This document shows positions 11,748 through 24,135 of a stretch of DNA of 64,000 nt, piece by piece. Position numbers and translations under genes: made by a program. Numbering within the stretch: the stretch's first letter is position 1; each line of letters opens with the position of its first letter. Source of the stretch: Diadema antillarum (Eukaryota). The stretch covers positions 1 through 64,000 of the forward strand of contig NW_027272305.1 in NCBI RefSeq assembly GCF_040938485.1. Direction: 5' to 3'. Under the pieces are notes generated by a model that saw only the letters and a program-made list of their open reading frames with translations, was not told the DNA's origin and did no database searches.

Positions 11748-13248
11748 CCAGGAATTACATCGGTGCGCTTCATGTCAAGGGAAGGAATTTTCTTTGATGT
11801 GCGACGTGGACTTCAATAGCTCTGACAGAAGCAGTAGCGGGTCTCGATATCGATCTTGAAAAATCGGTCTCCGCATGCTGATCTTATAGTCTTCATCCCC
11901 CAGCAGCTTCATAGTTTGTTTCCCCCTTTGCTTACTTGGTTTGAGTTTCAGTTGAAAAAAACGGCTCACTTGGGTTTTCCTCTCTTAAGAATGCATCTTC
12001 TTTATAAACCACCATGCAGCCTCACTGTGCCCCTGAAACAAAGAAAATGTTCTCTTTTCTTTTCTGCTATCGAAAGAATTGTGTAGATGAGATAAATCAA
12101 TATACATTGCAATTTGTTCTTTCATCGCGGTGTCTCTTGTTATCGGTAGCTTTGAAAGCAGAAAAGTAACAATGAATTTCTTATTATTATTATCAACGCC
12201 CAAATCCTTTGTATCACACGCTTTTACTCAATCTCTTTTTGTTTTTGACAAGGATCACTTTCCCTCTCCTTATGATATGCTGTAACGGAGTGGGGGGAAA
12301 AAAAGCCGAATGTGATATCAAGTATCTTTTCTTTTTTTTTTTTTTTTTTTTTGGTTAAATAAGGGGGAAAAGTATGTGGCAGTGAAGGCACTGATAACCG
12401 CGTACTTGCGGACTAACAGTCGCGTGGGGTGGGGTGGGACAAGGGGTAGAGCGAAACCAGTGGGGACGCTTTTCCCCCAGTCAACCCCTGTCACAAGAAC
12501 ATCGAGGGCGGCTGTGTGTGAAGCGCCGTGGTCCGACCACAGAGCAGCCATATGCCTGTTCTCCGATTGGAGTAGGGATAGGGTCCGGAGCGTGGGTGTG
12601 TGAGGACAAAGGAAAATAGATCATCTTCAATATTTATCATGCAGGCTCATTTTGAAGCGGGATTGGACGCGCGGGGTGTAATGACTTTTTTTTTCTTGGA
12701 ACAAATAACAAATCTCAAACCTGTATTGTTTTGTAAGTTTGAGTGAAAACAGAAATTATTTGCCCTGCGATACCTTCGTGTTGAGTAGACATAATTTGGA
12801 TTTATGACATGTATAAAACCATATATGAATAATCGTTTTGTTTAATGGTATCATTGTAGTTATGATTGACACTTTTCAAATTACGCAAGTTTCATTATGC
12901 TTACATCGTGATGTGAAATGCACATTTCGCTATCTTCGAAGCAAGAATAGCACACGTCTGTCAGAATATACTGAAGTTAATGTTGGAAAATTCCAACTCA
13001 GTCTGTCACGACATTATTTTTGACAGTGAGTGTCACTTTCCCTCGTTTTCTAAAACTTTACACCCTCGGTTTGACGCACAAACTGGCATACTTGGCTCAA
13101 AGCAAACTGCCTAACCCTTTGACGGAGCTCGATTTCAATCACGTTTGTTACTGCTGCCTCTATTTGCCTAACTGTCAGACATTATCTCTAGTGATGGCGC
13201 TGTTTTGTCCCATGCTTCTATACTAATAGATTCTTGGCAAACTACATG

Positions 13249-13668
13249 TAGGGCTCACACGGGTAAATAATTCCCCATAGAGACGGAAAAAAAAAATTCT
13301 GTGAAATAGCTGGGAGAAATGAGGTATTTCATCTTCACTAACCTGGATAAGTGAGCTATACCCTGTCATCCATCAAATTTCCAAGGCAGGTTCTTCGGCT
13401 CAAACTCTGTCCAAGGGTCCGCAAAGCCAGACTACGAGTTCTTTTCACTCAGAATATCACCTATTTTCCGTACACGCACCCAATGAAATAATTATAGTCC
13501 CCTCAAATTCCATCAGAAAAGCTTTCATCTTCCAACCAAAATGCAGTTTGTAGAGGAATTCATACTCAATATCTACAGCCATTCAGTTTTTTTGCCAAAC
13601 TACATCATTGATTTTTAATCAATTTTTTCTTCATTTATGCTGGTATCTTTGGTACGAATTTGTGAAGG
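13249..13668 (-). mobile_element. MITE copy, inverted relative to 14354-14810, one end missing
   Basis: About 410 bp reverse-complement match to 14378-14810; begins TA-GGGCTCACAC. Confidence 0.8.
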
Positions 13669-13682
13669 ACCTACAAGTGTTG

Positions 13683-13754
13683 TAGGGCTAACACCCGTAA
13701 ATACAATGGAATGTCCCAGACTCCTTTATATTATATTTATGGGTGTGAGCCCTA
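13683..13754. mobile_element. 72-bp internally deleted mini-copy of the same MITE
   Basis: TAGGGCTAACACCCGTAAATA ... TATTTATGGGTGTGAGCCCTA inverted ends; the internal AATACAATGGAATGTCCCAGAC also occurs at 14354-14376. Confidence 0.75.
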
Positions 13755-14353
13755 TAGAGGATGCATGCAATGCACACAAGTCTATGGGAAGTATTCATCC
13801 CATACAAGCTCTGCTGGTTTATGTTGATCTATTGTGTCAGATCTCTTCCTCCCTCCCCCATTCTCCTTCCTACCCCCCCCCCCTACCCCTCTCCTCTAAC
13901 CCCCCCCCCCCCCAACTCTGTTTGGCTACAATTTGTTTTCTTATTATGTTGTTGTGGTACTAGATCTTTGTACATAGCAGTCATCAGTATCACACAACTT
14001 TGAATGACTGTGTTATTTTAATGTATTTCTTTGTTTTGGCTACCACTGAAACAGGTCAAAATTCATAAAGTTAGTCTGTTTGACAAAACAAAGTCTTTTA
14101 AAGTACTTTGTAGGCAATAATGTGATGATGACACCCCCATAATCAAGGATTACTGCCTGCATCTATGTATTCATCTTACGAAGAACTGATCAACACTACA
14201 TTTTTATTTTTTTTTAAAAACCTCAAAGGGCATGAGTTTCAAAAGTGTCCCTTTGAGAAGCTCTATAACCCTTGAATGTGTAATTTCCCATATGATGTAG
14301 GGGCAAATATCATCAAAAACACATTTATGATGTTTAGAAGTCATATGAGAAAT

Positions 14354-14810
14354 AAATACAATGGAATGTCCCAGACCCCTTCACAAATTCGTACCAAAGA
14401 TACCAAAATAAATGAAGAAAAAAATTGATTAAAAATCAATGATGTAGTTTGGCAAAAAAAACTGAATGGCTGTAGATATTAAGTATGAATTCCTCTACAA
14501 ACTGCATTTTGGTTGGAAGATGAAAGCTTTTCTGATGGAATTTGAGGGGACTATATTTCATTGGGTACGTGTACGGAAAATAGGTGATTTTTTGAGTGAC
14601 AAGAACTCGTAGTCTGGCTTTGCGGACCCCTGGACAGAATTTGGACTGAAGAATCCACCCTGAAAATTTGATGGATGAAAGGGTATATCTCACTTATCCA
14701 GGCTAGTGAAGCTGAAATACCTCATTTCTCCCAGCTATTTTACAGAATTTTTTGAAATTTGATTTTTTTTACACACATCCCTATGGGGAAATATTTATGG
14801 GTGTGAACTC
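14354..14810 (+). mobile_element. MITE copy, left terminus mostly lost
   Basis: Shares the left sub-terminal sequence with the mini-copy and ends TATTTATGGGTGTGAACTC. Confidence 0.8.
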
Positions 14811-15588
14811 TTGTACACTTGCTGCGCTGCTCCACCATTGATGGCGCTATTCAAGTCCGCTTGGGGTGCTTACATGAACGGAGGTTGCAACGGGAAGAAA
14901 GATAGACACACACAAAAAATAATCATCATCATATTTTGATAGGTAAACAGTTGCCTTGGTCCTTGATAAAGAACGGAACATAGCTTATTTTGATTTTCAA
15001 CAACCCAACACTAACTTTGAATCAGCATAAAAGCGACCCCTGATCTTCGTTCTTTCTAACATTATCCATTGTTACTGAGAGCAGACTGTAAATGATATTT
15101 TTTTGTTACATCATCGCTTTATTTTTTATTGACTAGTGGACGAATATTTACATTAAAGACAGATCGACCACACTGTGTTATCGAGTGCTGCGAAGGCTTC
15201 TTTTCTTTTTCATTTTGTAAATCAATTAGACATAATTATAGAAGAATCACTGAGATAACATCATAGCATTTTTCGTCAAACTGAATTAAGACGCCCTGGA
15301 ACCTTTAGTGAGACCTGATTGTGTATAGGACTGCAGAGAGGTGGGAAGAGATTTTTTTTTCCACCTCCGTGGTATATGCAGATCTGATATTCTACACGTC
15401 AACCTATGTACATTATTGTATTATAATGCATCATGTGGAAGTATGATGAAACCTTTAGTAAAACTTTTATTCATACGTAGTAATACAAACTATACATTCA
15501 ATGGTGCATAAGAATTACAATTGACATGTAAAATCATTTTCATCTGGATCCCGAAAAATGAATTAAGATGTATAAAGAGATTGCAAAT

Positions 15589-15798
15589 TACAAGCTCTGC
15601 TTTTTAGCAGTCCCATCCATTTACAATCACCTTTTTTTTTTGGTCTACAGAGACATAATATTTATTGTAGTTGTTGTTTTTCTTCATAGTATTTTCCTTG
15701 ATTATGATGTTGTATTGATTTTGTGTAATATTCTGTGTATTCTAATGTTTATTTGCAATCTTGCATTTCATTTTTTGTTGGAAATGGAAATGAAATGA
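15589..15798 (+). mobile_element. LINE 3'-UTR remnant (L2/Crack/Daphne-like)
   Basis: TACAAGCTCTGCTTTTTAGCAGTCCC is shared with 39200-39228; ends in a GGAAATGGAAATGAAATG tail. Confidence 0.6.
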
Positions 15799-16033
15799 TA
15801 AAGAAAGGTTTACATAAATAGATATAGGCCTACCGGTATACGTTAAGAATGTCTAGACAAAGAAAAAATGACGCAGAATCTGGATTCAAGACTTAATTCA
15901 TCTTCATGATAGTTATCTTATGTGCGGATTTGATGATAATTGTGTCTTGAAGATCTGCAATGTCTTGATCGTTATGCTTTCAAACTTCAAATTGTCTTGT
16001 GATATGTCACAGGGAAGTGTTTGTCAAAAGTAC

Positions 16034-16350
16034 TAAAAGGACAAGTCCACCTCCGTAGACATGTGGATTCAGTGAATGCAGCAATATTAGTAGAACACAT
16101 CAGTGAAAATTTGGGGAAAATCAGACAATCCGTTCAAAAGTTATGGATTTTTGAAGGTTTCCGCTCAGTCACTGCTGGATGAGAAGACTATTATGGCTAG
16201 TGATGTCACATGTGTACAACGATATAAATAAAATATAAAGAAAATTCAGAATATTTTCACTTTTCTCGCATAATGAAATAACGCTTGACATGCCTATTTC
16301 AGAAGGCAGGGGGAATAATATTACCCTTAACATTTCCTGCAACTTTAGTT
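16034..16350 (+). mobile_element. Kolobok/T2-like foldback MITE, left arm
   Basis: Starts TAAAAGGACAAGTCCACC; reverse-complement similarity to 18310-18540; related to 29186-29560. Confidence 0.7.
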
Positions 16351-16520
16351 TCAATTCAATTTTCATTGTTTACTTTGCTTTTGTGATGCGTAGTATTGTC
16401 AACTTCACGTATTTTTCTTTGTTACTACATTGCATTGATGTTGTGTTATTTTGTGTATGAAAATGTTGTTGGAAATGAAATAAATGAAATGAAATGAACA
16501 TACGTCAATGGCAAGTCGAG

Positions 16521-18309
16521 GAAATGAAATGAAATGAAATGAAATGAAATGAAATGAAATGAAATGAAATGAAATGAAATGAAATTTATTCATATTCCAC
16601 ATGGTGGACATTATATCAAAACTATACAGAGTATATTACATGTATATACAAAATATAGTGATATTCTGAGATAGAATAACACCATTATACAAATGTGGAG
16701 GGGACTACTTAGAAGCACTGCTTTTTAAATGTAGTCCCCCTACAGATTATAGACAAAATGATATCAAAGATAAGGCTGAGTGAAATAACAAAAACACCAT
16801 ATATACATTATTTACAAGGGCACATGAACCGTACTATGGATATACAAACAAGTCATGTATATGTTACAAAGCACAAGTTTATGTATAAAGTGTTTACAGT
16901 GTACATTATATACAGTGTACCATTAGAATAATGAATGAAACAGAAGATAACCTTCCGAGTATACTTAATGAAAGTACTTCTAGAAAACATTGATTTAAAT
17001 ATACATACGTTTTATTACCATAAAACTGTTTATTAATACTTATCAAGAAACACATTTTTGAGCTTATACTTAAAGCTATTCAAGCTCTGAGCTTGTTTTA
17101 GTGAACGATCAAAGGAATTCCAAAGCTTAGGACCAGTAAACATGAAATTTCTGTTAGCAAAACTAGTTCTATTTTTAGGAAGATGATAATCATTCGCATA
17201 CCTTGTTGAGTAATTATGTATAACATTATTTTTTTCGAAACATTTCCTTAAATACAGCAGGAGTAGCGTTAATTTCTACATTGTACATAAAACAACCCAG
17301 CTGAAGACGATATAAATCAGTAATCTTAAGAATACGGTTTTCTTTAAACAAAACATCAGTGTGTGATCTATAAGCGGTGTTGCATATCAAACGCATCGCT
17401 CTTTTCTGCAAGAGAAGCACCCTGTCCATTTTAGTTTGTATTGCATTTCCCCATGCCATTACGCCATAATTAAGGTAAGGGAGAATAAGAGTTGAATATA
17501 ACATAAGAAGCACTGACTTGGGGAGAATCCGTTTAATGTTTAACGTGATTAATGATGCCAATATTTCTTAAAACTATCTTACAAATATTATCAATATGAC
17601 AATTCCAAGTTAGCTTATTGTCAATTGTAATACCGAGAAATTTTGTAGTCTTGACTTCTTTAATGACAGAATTATCAAATATCACTTGGTCAGGAAGTTG
17701 TTTAACAGAGTTACTGAATAACATGTAATTGGTTTTTTGTTTATTTAAAGATAATTTATTTGCTTTTATCCAATTTGTTACATGTGTAAGTTCTACATGT
17801 AAAACTTCTACTAACTTACTAGGATCACTGTGAGTATAGAATACGTTTGAATCATCAGCAAAAAGGATAAAAGAGAGAACACTCGAAGAACATCGAATGT
17901 CATTTACATAAATAGAGAATAGCAGTGGACCAAGAAGGCCTCCTTGGGGAACCTCACACGTGATTGGTACCGAAGACGAATTATATCCATCAATGGTAAC
18001 AAATTGCTTTCTTCCAGAAAGATAACTTTCGAACCATTCCAGAGCCTTACCTCTAATACCATAGTGTGCAAGTTTGTATAACAGAATGTCGTGATTTATA
18101 GTATCGAATGCTTTAGAAAAATCTGAGAACAAACCGATAGTATTACAGGATATTTCGATTGAAGCTGATATGGTATTTATTAAACTTAGAATGGCATGAG
18201 TTGTGTTATGTTTTTCTCTAAAGCCAAATTGGGAGTCAGATATGATGTTGTGAGATTCAAGGAAGGTAGTTGTCCTTGAATGAACAATTGAAATGTGTAG
18301 TTTTTTCAA
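16521..18309 (-). mobile_element. 5'-truncated non-LTR retrotransposon of the CR1 group (L2/Crack/Daphne-like)
   Basis: RT motifs DFSKAFDTINH, VPQGGLLGPLLF, FADD. The ORF2 remnant runs 18309 to about 17030 with frameshifts, then a 3' UTR with a GGGGACTAC..GTAGTCCCC stem, AATAAA and a (TTTCA)13 tail at 16521-16585. Confidence 0.92.
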
Positions 18310-18540
18310 AAAATATAATTTTGAGAGATTCTCTTTATATCTTCCTTATATTGTTCTACGCATATGACATCATACACTGTAGTAGCCTTCTCATCCAGCA
18401 GTAACTGCGCAGATACTTTAAAAATAATTCATAAGTTTCGAACGGATTGTCATATTCTCCCCAAACTTTCACTGCTGTGTTCTACTAACATTGCTGCATT
18501 CACTCAGTCCACGTGACTGGGAAGGTGGACTTGTCCTTTA
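18310..18540 (-). mobile_element. Kolobok/T2-like foldback MITE, right arm
   Basis: Ends GGTGGACTTGTCCTTTA; inverted partner of 16034-16262. Confidence 0.7.
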
Positions 18541-20696
18541 CTGGCAAAGTCTGCATGGGCAAAGTCAGAGACTAGAAGGTTCTGGGCACACTATATCTGG
18601 CGCCCTCTACGGATTTTGTCATACATAGTCCACCCACAGTTCTGTGAGTCCACCATGGCGTCTGTCATGTCTGTTATTGTTACATTTGAAGTGCCACTGC
18701 TCACCATAACACACAATCTCCTTGCATTTAATCGATTAGTATTTTCCTTTTTGTACAACTTTGCTCAGATGTCAGCGGAACATTTTCTCATAATAACTTC
18801 ACCAATTATGTGCACATCATTCTTTCCTTTAGATCAAGAATCGTTAGTTGTGTGGGGGTTTCTTTTTATAATGACGTCGCAGTAAATGTTAATGTTTCGC
18901 GTTTATTTCCTTCGTATCAGAAAGTTCACACATTCAAGGTTCAACAGTATGGAAGAGTGTTGAATTCACTCAGAAATGCCACACCAATGTCAGTGATACC
19001 ACGATGATAATCACTGGTACGTTGAAAATTGGAAAAGCGCTATGTCCAGTTTACCTTACACCTCGGTGCCCAAAGTGCCTTATACACGTACAGTTCATAA
19101 CCCCTAAAACATAAAAGAAAAAGGTTTTTAAAAAAGTAACAAACGAACAAAAACGAAAGGAAAAAGAAATGCATTGCACTGTGTTCTTTTTTCCTTTAGA
19201 GCAAGAAGTCTGAAATAATTTCAGTGAAAATACGCAGTTCTACTACGTATGCCTCATGATTATTGTTGCGATTCGGAATTGTATAGCTATACCAATATAG
19301 CCATGAAGACAGGCAGGGGAAATACCTTTGAGGTGTTTTTGTTTTGTGTTTTGGGGTTTGGGGGGGGGGTTTCTACTTGGAGTAGCTAATAAATGTGCAG
19401 CGGATATCAAAATTGGTTCTAGCATGTACACAACGGCTTCGGTTTGCAGTAACACCAATTGCCAATTAGACCTGTCATTAAAATGCTTTTTTTTTTGAAT
19501 GGGCATAAAATTATGCCGTCTGGTCTAATATACACAGAAACGAGTGCAACATGTAGTCATTTGTCTTTCCTATTGGCAACGTATTATCACAATGTTTTTG
19601 GTGTCTCTTAATTGGTGTCCTGACTCCTGAGAAAGAAGTTGGTAAGTCGCGAAAAAAAGTTTTGGGCCATGTTCTGAACTTCTGGTAACTTTTTCTGTGA
19701 ACATTAATCATATAGCCTGCGCTTATCTATACTTACATTCATATTCATAGCGAAGAAGTCAGGAAGAACTTGAGCTATGTAAGCTGATCACCTCTCCAAT
19801 TTATTGACATCGAGCAAAATTAATGGCACAGTACCGTGTATCATGAGAAATGCAGTGGCGCTGGACGTCTCGAAAAGTCGTAAACGTGCATGGTCATGAG
19901 GTCTATATACTCAGTATCCATTACAATGTATCATCACTGGAAGGTTTCACAATTGAATACTCTTTTCATTCCACAGTTTCTCTTTTACCTTATTCTCTGT
20001 TAGGAAAGAAAGTGACTATGTATATGTTTTCCTCAAAAAATGAAATAAATGTGAAATGAACTGAATACTTTCACTATAAACAGACACATTCTTGGTAAGA
20101 GTGATGGTATTATTACTTATACATGTACTGACATTCACGACCGCCATGCATGAATATGGGTGTAATAAGAAACCCGAGTCTATTCCTGTACTTTTTATGC
20201 TCTTTTAAATCATGATTATTATTATTTCTTGATGAATACGGTAAATCATGTGAAAGAAAGTAAGTTTGTTGGAGGCTTGTAAAAACCTTGATGCTTCAAA
20301 TTTTGTGCATGTATAACTAGCGGTTGAAGAGATTTTTTTTCTTTTGCCGTTGCTCATTCAGTTCCGATTAGAATTTAGAATTTTCCTATGTACTCTGTCA
20401 CTCCGAGATCGTCATCCCGTCAAGTATATAGTGCTTAGTAATGACGGCCTCCTCCGCTTGTACTTCGAAATATGAAATGTTTACATAACACTTTTTTTTT
20501 CATGTACCTGTATGTCTTTGTATGTCATGAGCAAGTTTAATTATCACTGATTTTGTCATAATAGTTGATTATTGTCTTTGATCCATTACTCACCGACATT
20601 CACTTGTCATGCATTCTCTTATACTTTGTCCGATTTCCTATATAACCATTCGAGAAAAAAAAAGATGCATAAATTTGCTTAATGTTTCCACTGTCA

Positions 20697-20701
20697 TGTG
20701 T

Positions 20702-20743
<42 letters not shown>

Positions 20744-20788
20744 GTGTGTGTGTATGTGTGTGTGTGCGTGTATGTGTGTGAGAGTGTG
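20697..20788. repeat. Imperfect (GT)n microsatellite
   Basis: Seen directly. Confidence 0.95.
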
Positions 20789-21885
20789 TTTGTGAAAAGT
20801 CCGTGCGATGACATTACAGCTATATGGTGACATTTCGCATACACATTATGGAAGATTGACGTAAAGCTACGACAAGCAAACATAGTTTGCATGTGTGTGT
20901 GCCCTATTATACTTGAGATATTTCTTCATAATGGTAAATTAATCCTGCGCCTAACCCTCTCCGAGCTACAACAACCTCTGAATTCTATTACCATCGCGCG
21001 TAACAGTCTCGCCTTTGGAAATGACTGGGTTAAGGACCCTCTTTAAGGCCAAAGCGGAATAGGGATCAATTTTGTTGACCTAAGAATCGATCCGCCATTG
21101 TTTACCACCCTCAGGGCTGCCTGCCTGACTAAATATCACGCTTGAAGTAGAACAAAACGGGTGTAATTACAGAAGGCGCGAGTAAAGTAATCAAGGGGTC
21201 GGTAAGATCGCGCATGGAGAAAGCGCTCTTGAGAAAAGACACCATGATGGATATTAATATATTCCTTGTTTAAAAACTGCATGCCGTGGCATAGGCTTGG
21301 TGACGGCTGTCTTGGAGGTTCGCTCGATCTTCTGATAGGAGTAACATTCACCTAGTAAAAGGTCCCAAAATCATGAGCTCGCACACATTCGTCATAATCG
21401 GTAAGTCGCTATTGTTCTTACTTTTTTCGGCCGTGGTTACCTGCAAACAATAATAAAGGGCTTCAACAATAGTCCTGCTCCCACAGCTCACCGGGATTTT
21501 GGTACACGGATACAATCTTTGCAAGTCAAGTCGAATATGGTCGATTCAGGTTCACATACGTCAATCTTACAATAAGGTATTCTTCTCCTCAACCATCTTT
21601 ATATCCTCTGTAATATCACGTTTTAGATACAATTGCCATCTGCAGTGCTCTTGTTCAACTTTGAGGGGACCTTTTTCTCACTTTTTGCTGTGTTTGTTGC
21701 TTATGCGGATGGAAAGTGGTTTCTTGTGGTAGTCACCGATAGTTTTTGAGGAGTCTGCTGCTGATTTCTCGTGAAGAATGTAGCAGCAATATAAAACTGA
21801 GCAACAATCTAATCTTGTGTAAGTGAGAGAGGAAGAGAGACGTTGGAGCTGGTTGTACAGTCATTGCGACAATTTGTGGTTGGTT

Positions 21886-21922
21886 TTTGTTTGTTTGTTT
21901 GTTTGTTTGTTTGTTTGTTTGT
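21886..21922. repeat. (TTTG)n microsatellite
   Basis: Seen directly. Confidence 0.95.
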
Positions 21923-23851
21923 GTTTTCCTGGAGTGCAGATGCGAGTTCGACGGGCAGTTTGCCACTACTGATTTATGGCTGTGAAATAATTCATTATGC
22001 ATCAATGAGAATCAGGCAAGAGTATGATATCCATATTGTGTAACAGATGAATGTCTTCAACGTCGGGGTCTACATATCTGTGCTAATCATATGATTCCAC
22101 AATGCATCCAGCAAGATTATCTTTTCTTCTTTGCTGACGTCTAAATGTTGACAGGGAGTAACTCACGTGAATGACACTTGGGCATGTTCATAGACGTGAC
22201 AATGTAGACAACTGTTGAGATAAAAGTAACAAACCTTACTACTATGTGTATGTTGAAATACAAAAGGTTGATAATCAGGAAGATAATCACAATTTTCACG
22301 ATGTTCAGGCCAACTGAGTAAAATCATTATAGGCATAATAAGGAAAAGAACAAGAACTAGACAAGATGGGGTATAGGAGAAGCATGAAGAGAAATGCAAG
22401 GAGCATAAAAAAGAGGAGAAATACATAAGAAAATATATAAGTATAGTATATAAGTATATATGAATAAGAATATATAAGGAAATGAGAGCAGGGAGGTGAG
22501 AATTCATTAACACTGTTAATGCTCAACTTATACGGTCTTTTGCAACGAACGTACTCGCTCTCGGCCACCCCCTCCCCCGTCATTGTTTCTATATAGTGAT
22601 CTTATTCCGTCCTAATAATTTCCCTGTAAATGTTGGGACAATCAATTACATTTACAGCACTAAAGCCAGATCCATAACGGGACTTTTGGAACAGAACGTG
22701 ATACTGTGATCATTATATTAATTGACGACGCTTAGTGAGGGCAGTTACCATCAATATGTCACTTATTCCTCATACCTACATAACACACGTCGCTTTGTAC
22801 TCCAGACCACCTGGGCTTATTGCGTCGCTATGGAGACACAACGCTGGCAGCAAAATAGGTCTTTCCTGCATTTTGCCTCGTGAGTTGAGGGCCACTTCTT
22901 TTCAAATCATTTCGACAACGAAAAGATCGAGGAATATATAAGGCGAGTGACGATCTTTTGTCACGAACAGTTTATAATGTAACCAAAATGAGCACTCGTT
23001 AGATGCAAGACATCAGTGTGGGTGGAGGCTGGTATTACATTGAGTGGTATAACAGCAAGCTGCAGAGGGCTTCTCAATGACATATTCAGTCAAGTCTGGT
23101 AGGTTTTGTGCCGGGAAAACAACATGATTCCATGACATTGGACAACAAGCGTTGCTAATGGGAAAATTGATCTATGGTTGAAGATATAAGTACTTCGTCA
23201 AATGGCACGTGGAGAACTGAAATCTAGATGAATCACAGGGAAGGAACAAGAATGTACATCTCCCTATGAACAATGGAAAGTGAACAGTCTTTTCAGACAT
23301 TTACCTATAGCTAATGTCGTAATAAAGGTCAAAGTTTCATCAGTTCAACGATACGTACATACATGCAAATACATATACGTCTACCTTTTGGCACGCAAAT
23401 TGCACGATCTGGTGCAAACGTTGTTCGATTTGAGGTTTCACACTTGTTAACAAAATTTGGTAAGTTGCTATTTTGAAGGCAGAAAGCTTTTTGTTTCATT
23501 TATCTCTCAAACTGTAATTGTTTTCTAAAGACACTAAGGGAACCACATCGCGTATAACAAAACAGTTTCATGTCATTAACATGGGACGCAACATCATAAT
23601 CTAGAAAACAAGGAGGAATCAAATAAAATGTTTCTCTTTGAAGTTAAAAGACCACAGGACCTGTTAAGTATACAGGCAAAAGTGGTATGGGTAAAGGGAG
23701 TTACACGCTGCTGACAGTGGTATCGAACCAGGGACCCAAAGAGATAGAGACAGTGGTCTCAAAAGCAGGGGCCTGCTTTCCGAATTGCCTTGTGCTCTTG
23801 GCTCTGCTTCAGGTTCCATCCACCATTTTCCTGTCATTGTTATTGTTTCAG

Positions 23852-24135
23852 GTGTCGAAGATTGGAGCGTGAGATTCCGGGCATAGTCCTTTCTTGGACA
23901 TCAACAAAGGTGTATTATGGCATCTACAATGACCAAAACAAAACCAGGACCGGCTAGTGAATTAGTCGGAAGAGCCCAATGCAATCCAATATCCCCTGAA
24001 GGACCGCTTGAAGCCTTCATGAATGGGTTTTTACTACAAGCTTTTCACTTTTCTCATCGATTTGAGGTTGACACCGAGAGGCAAAGGCGTGTCCTTGTCG
24101 ACCAACACGAAGCGATCGGCTGCTGATCTCGTGGT
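23852..24135 (+). other. Candidate upstream exon (5' leader or small ORF) of the 27.3-kb gene
   Basis: Acceptor TTATTGTTTCAG| and donor |GTAAGT bracket a segment of balanced GC; the link to the downstream exon is inferred. Confidence 0.3.

Noticed and set aside
16405-16611. FISFH-repeat ORF; likewise the HT/VC ORFs at 20600-20892 and the IY ORFs at 31138-31468
   Set aside because: Translations of microsatellites.
18598-18613. CTCF-like motif (weaker one at 32495-32510)
   Set aside because: Single partial motif matches cannot be supported without binding data.
23716-23740. Minus-strand B-box-like GGTTCGATACC (tRNA or SINE)
   Set aside because: No A-box and no cloverleaf.
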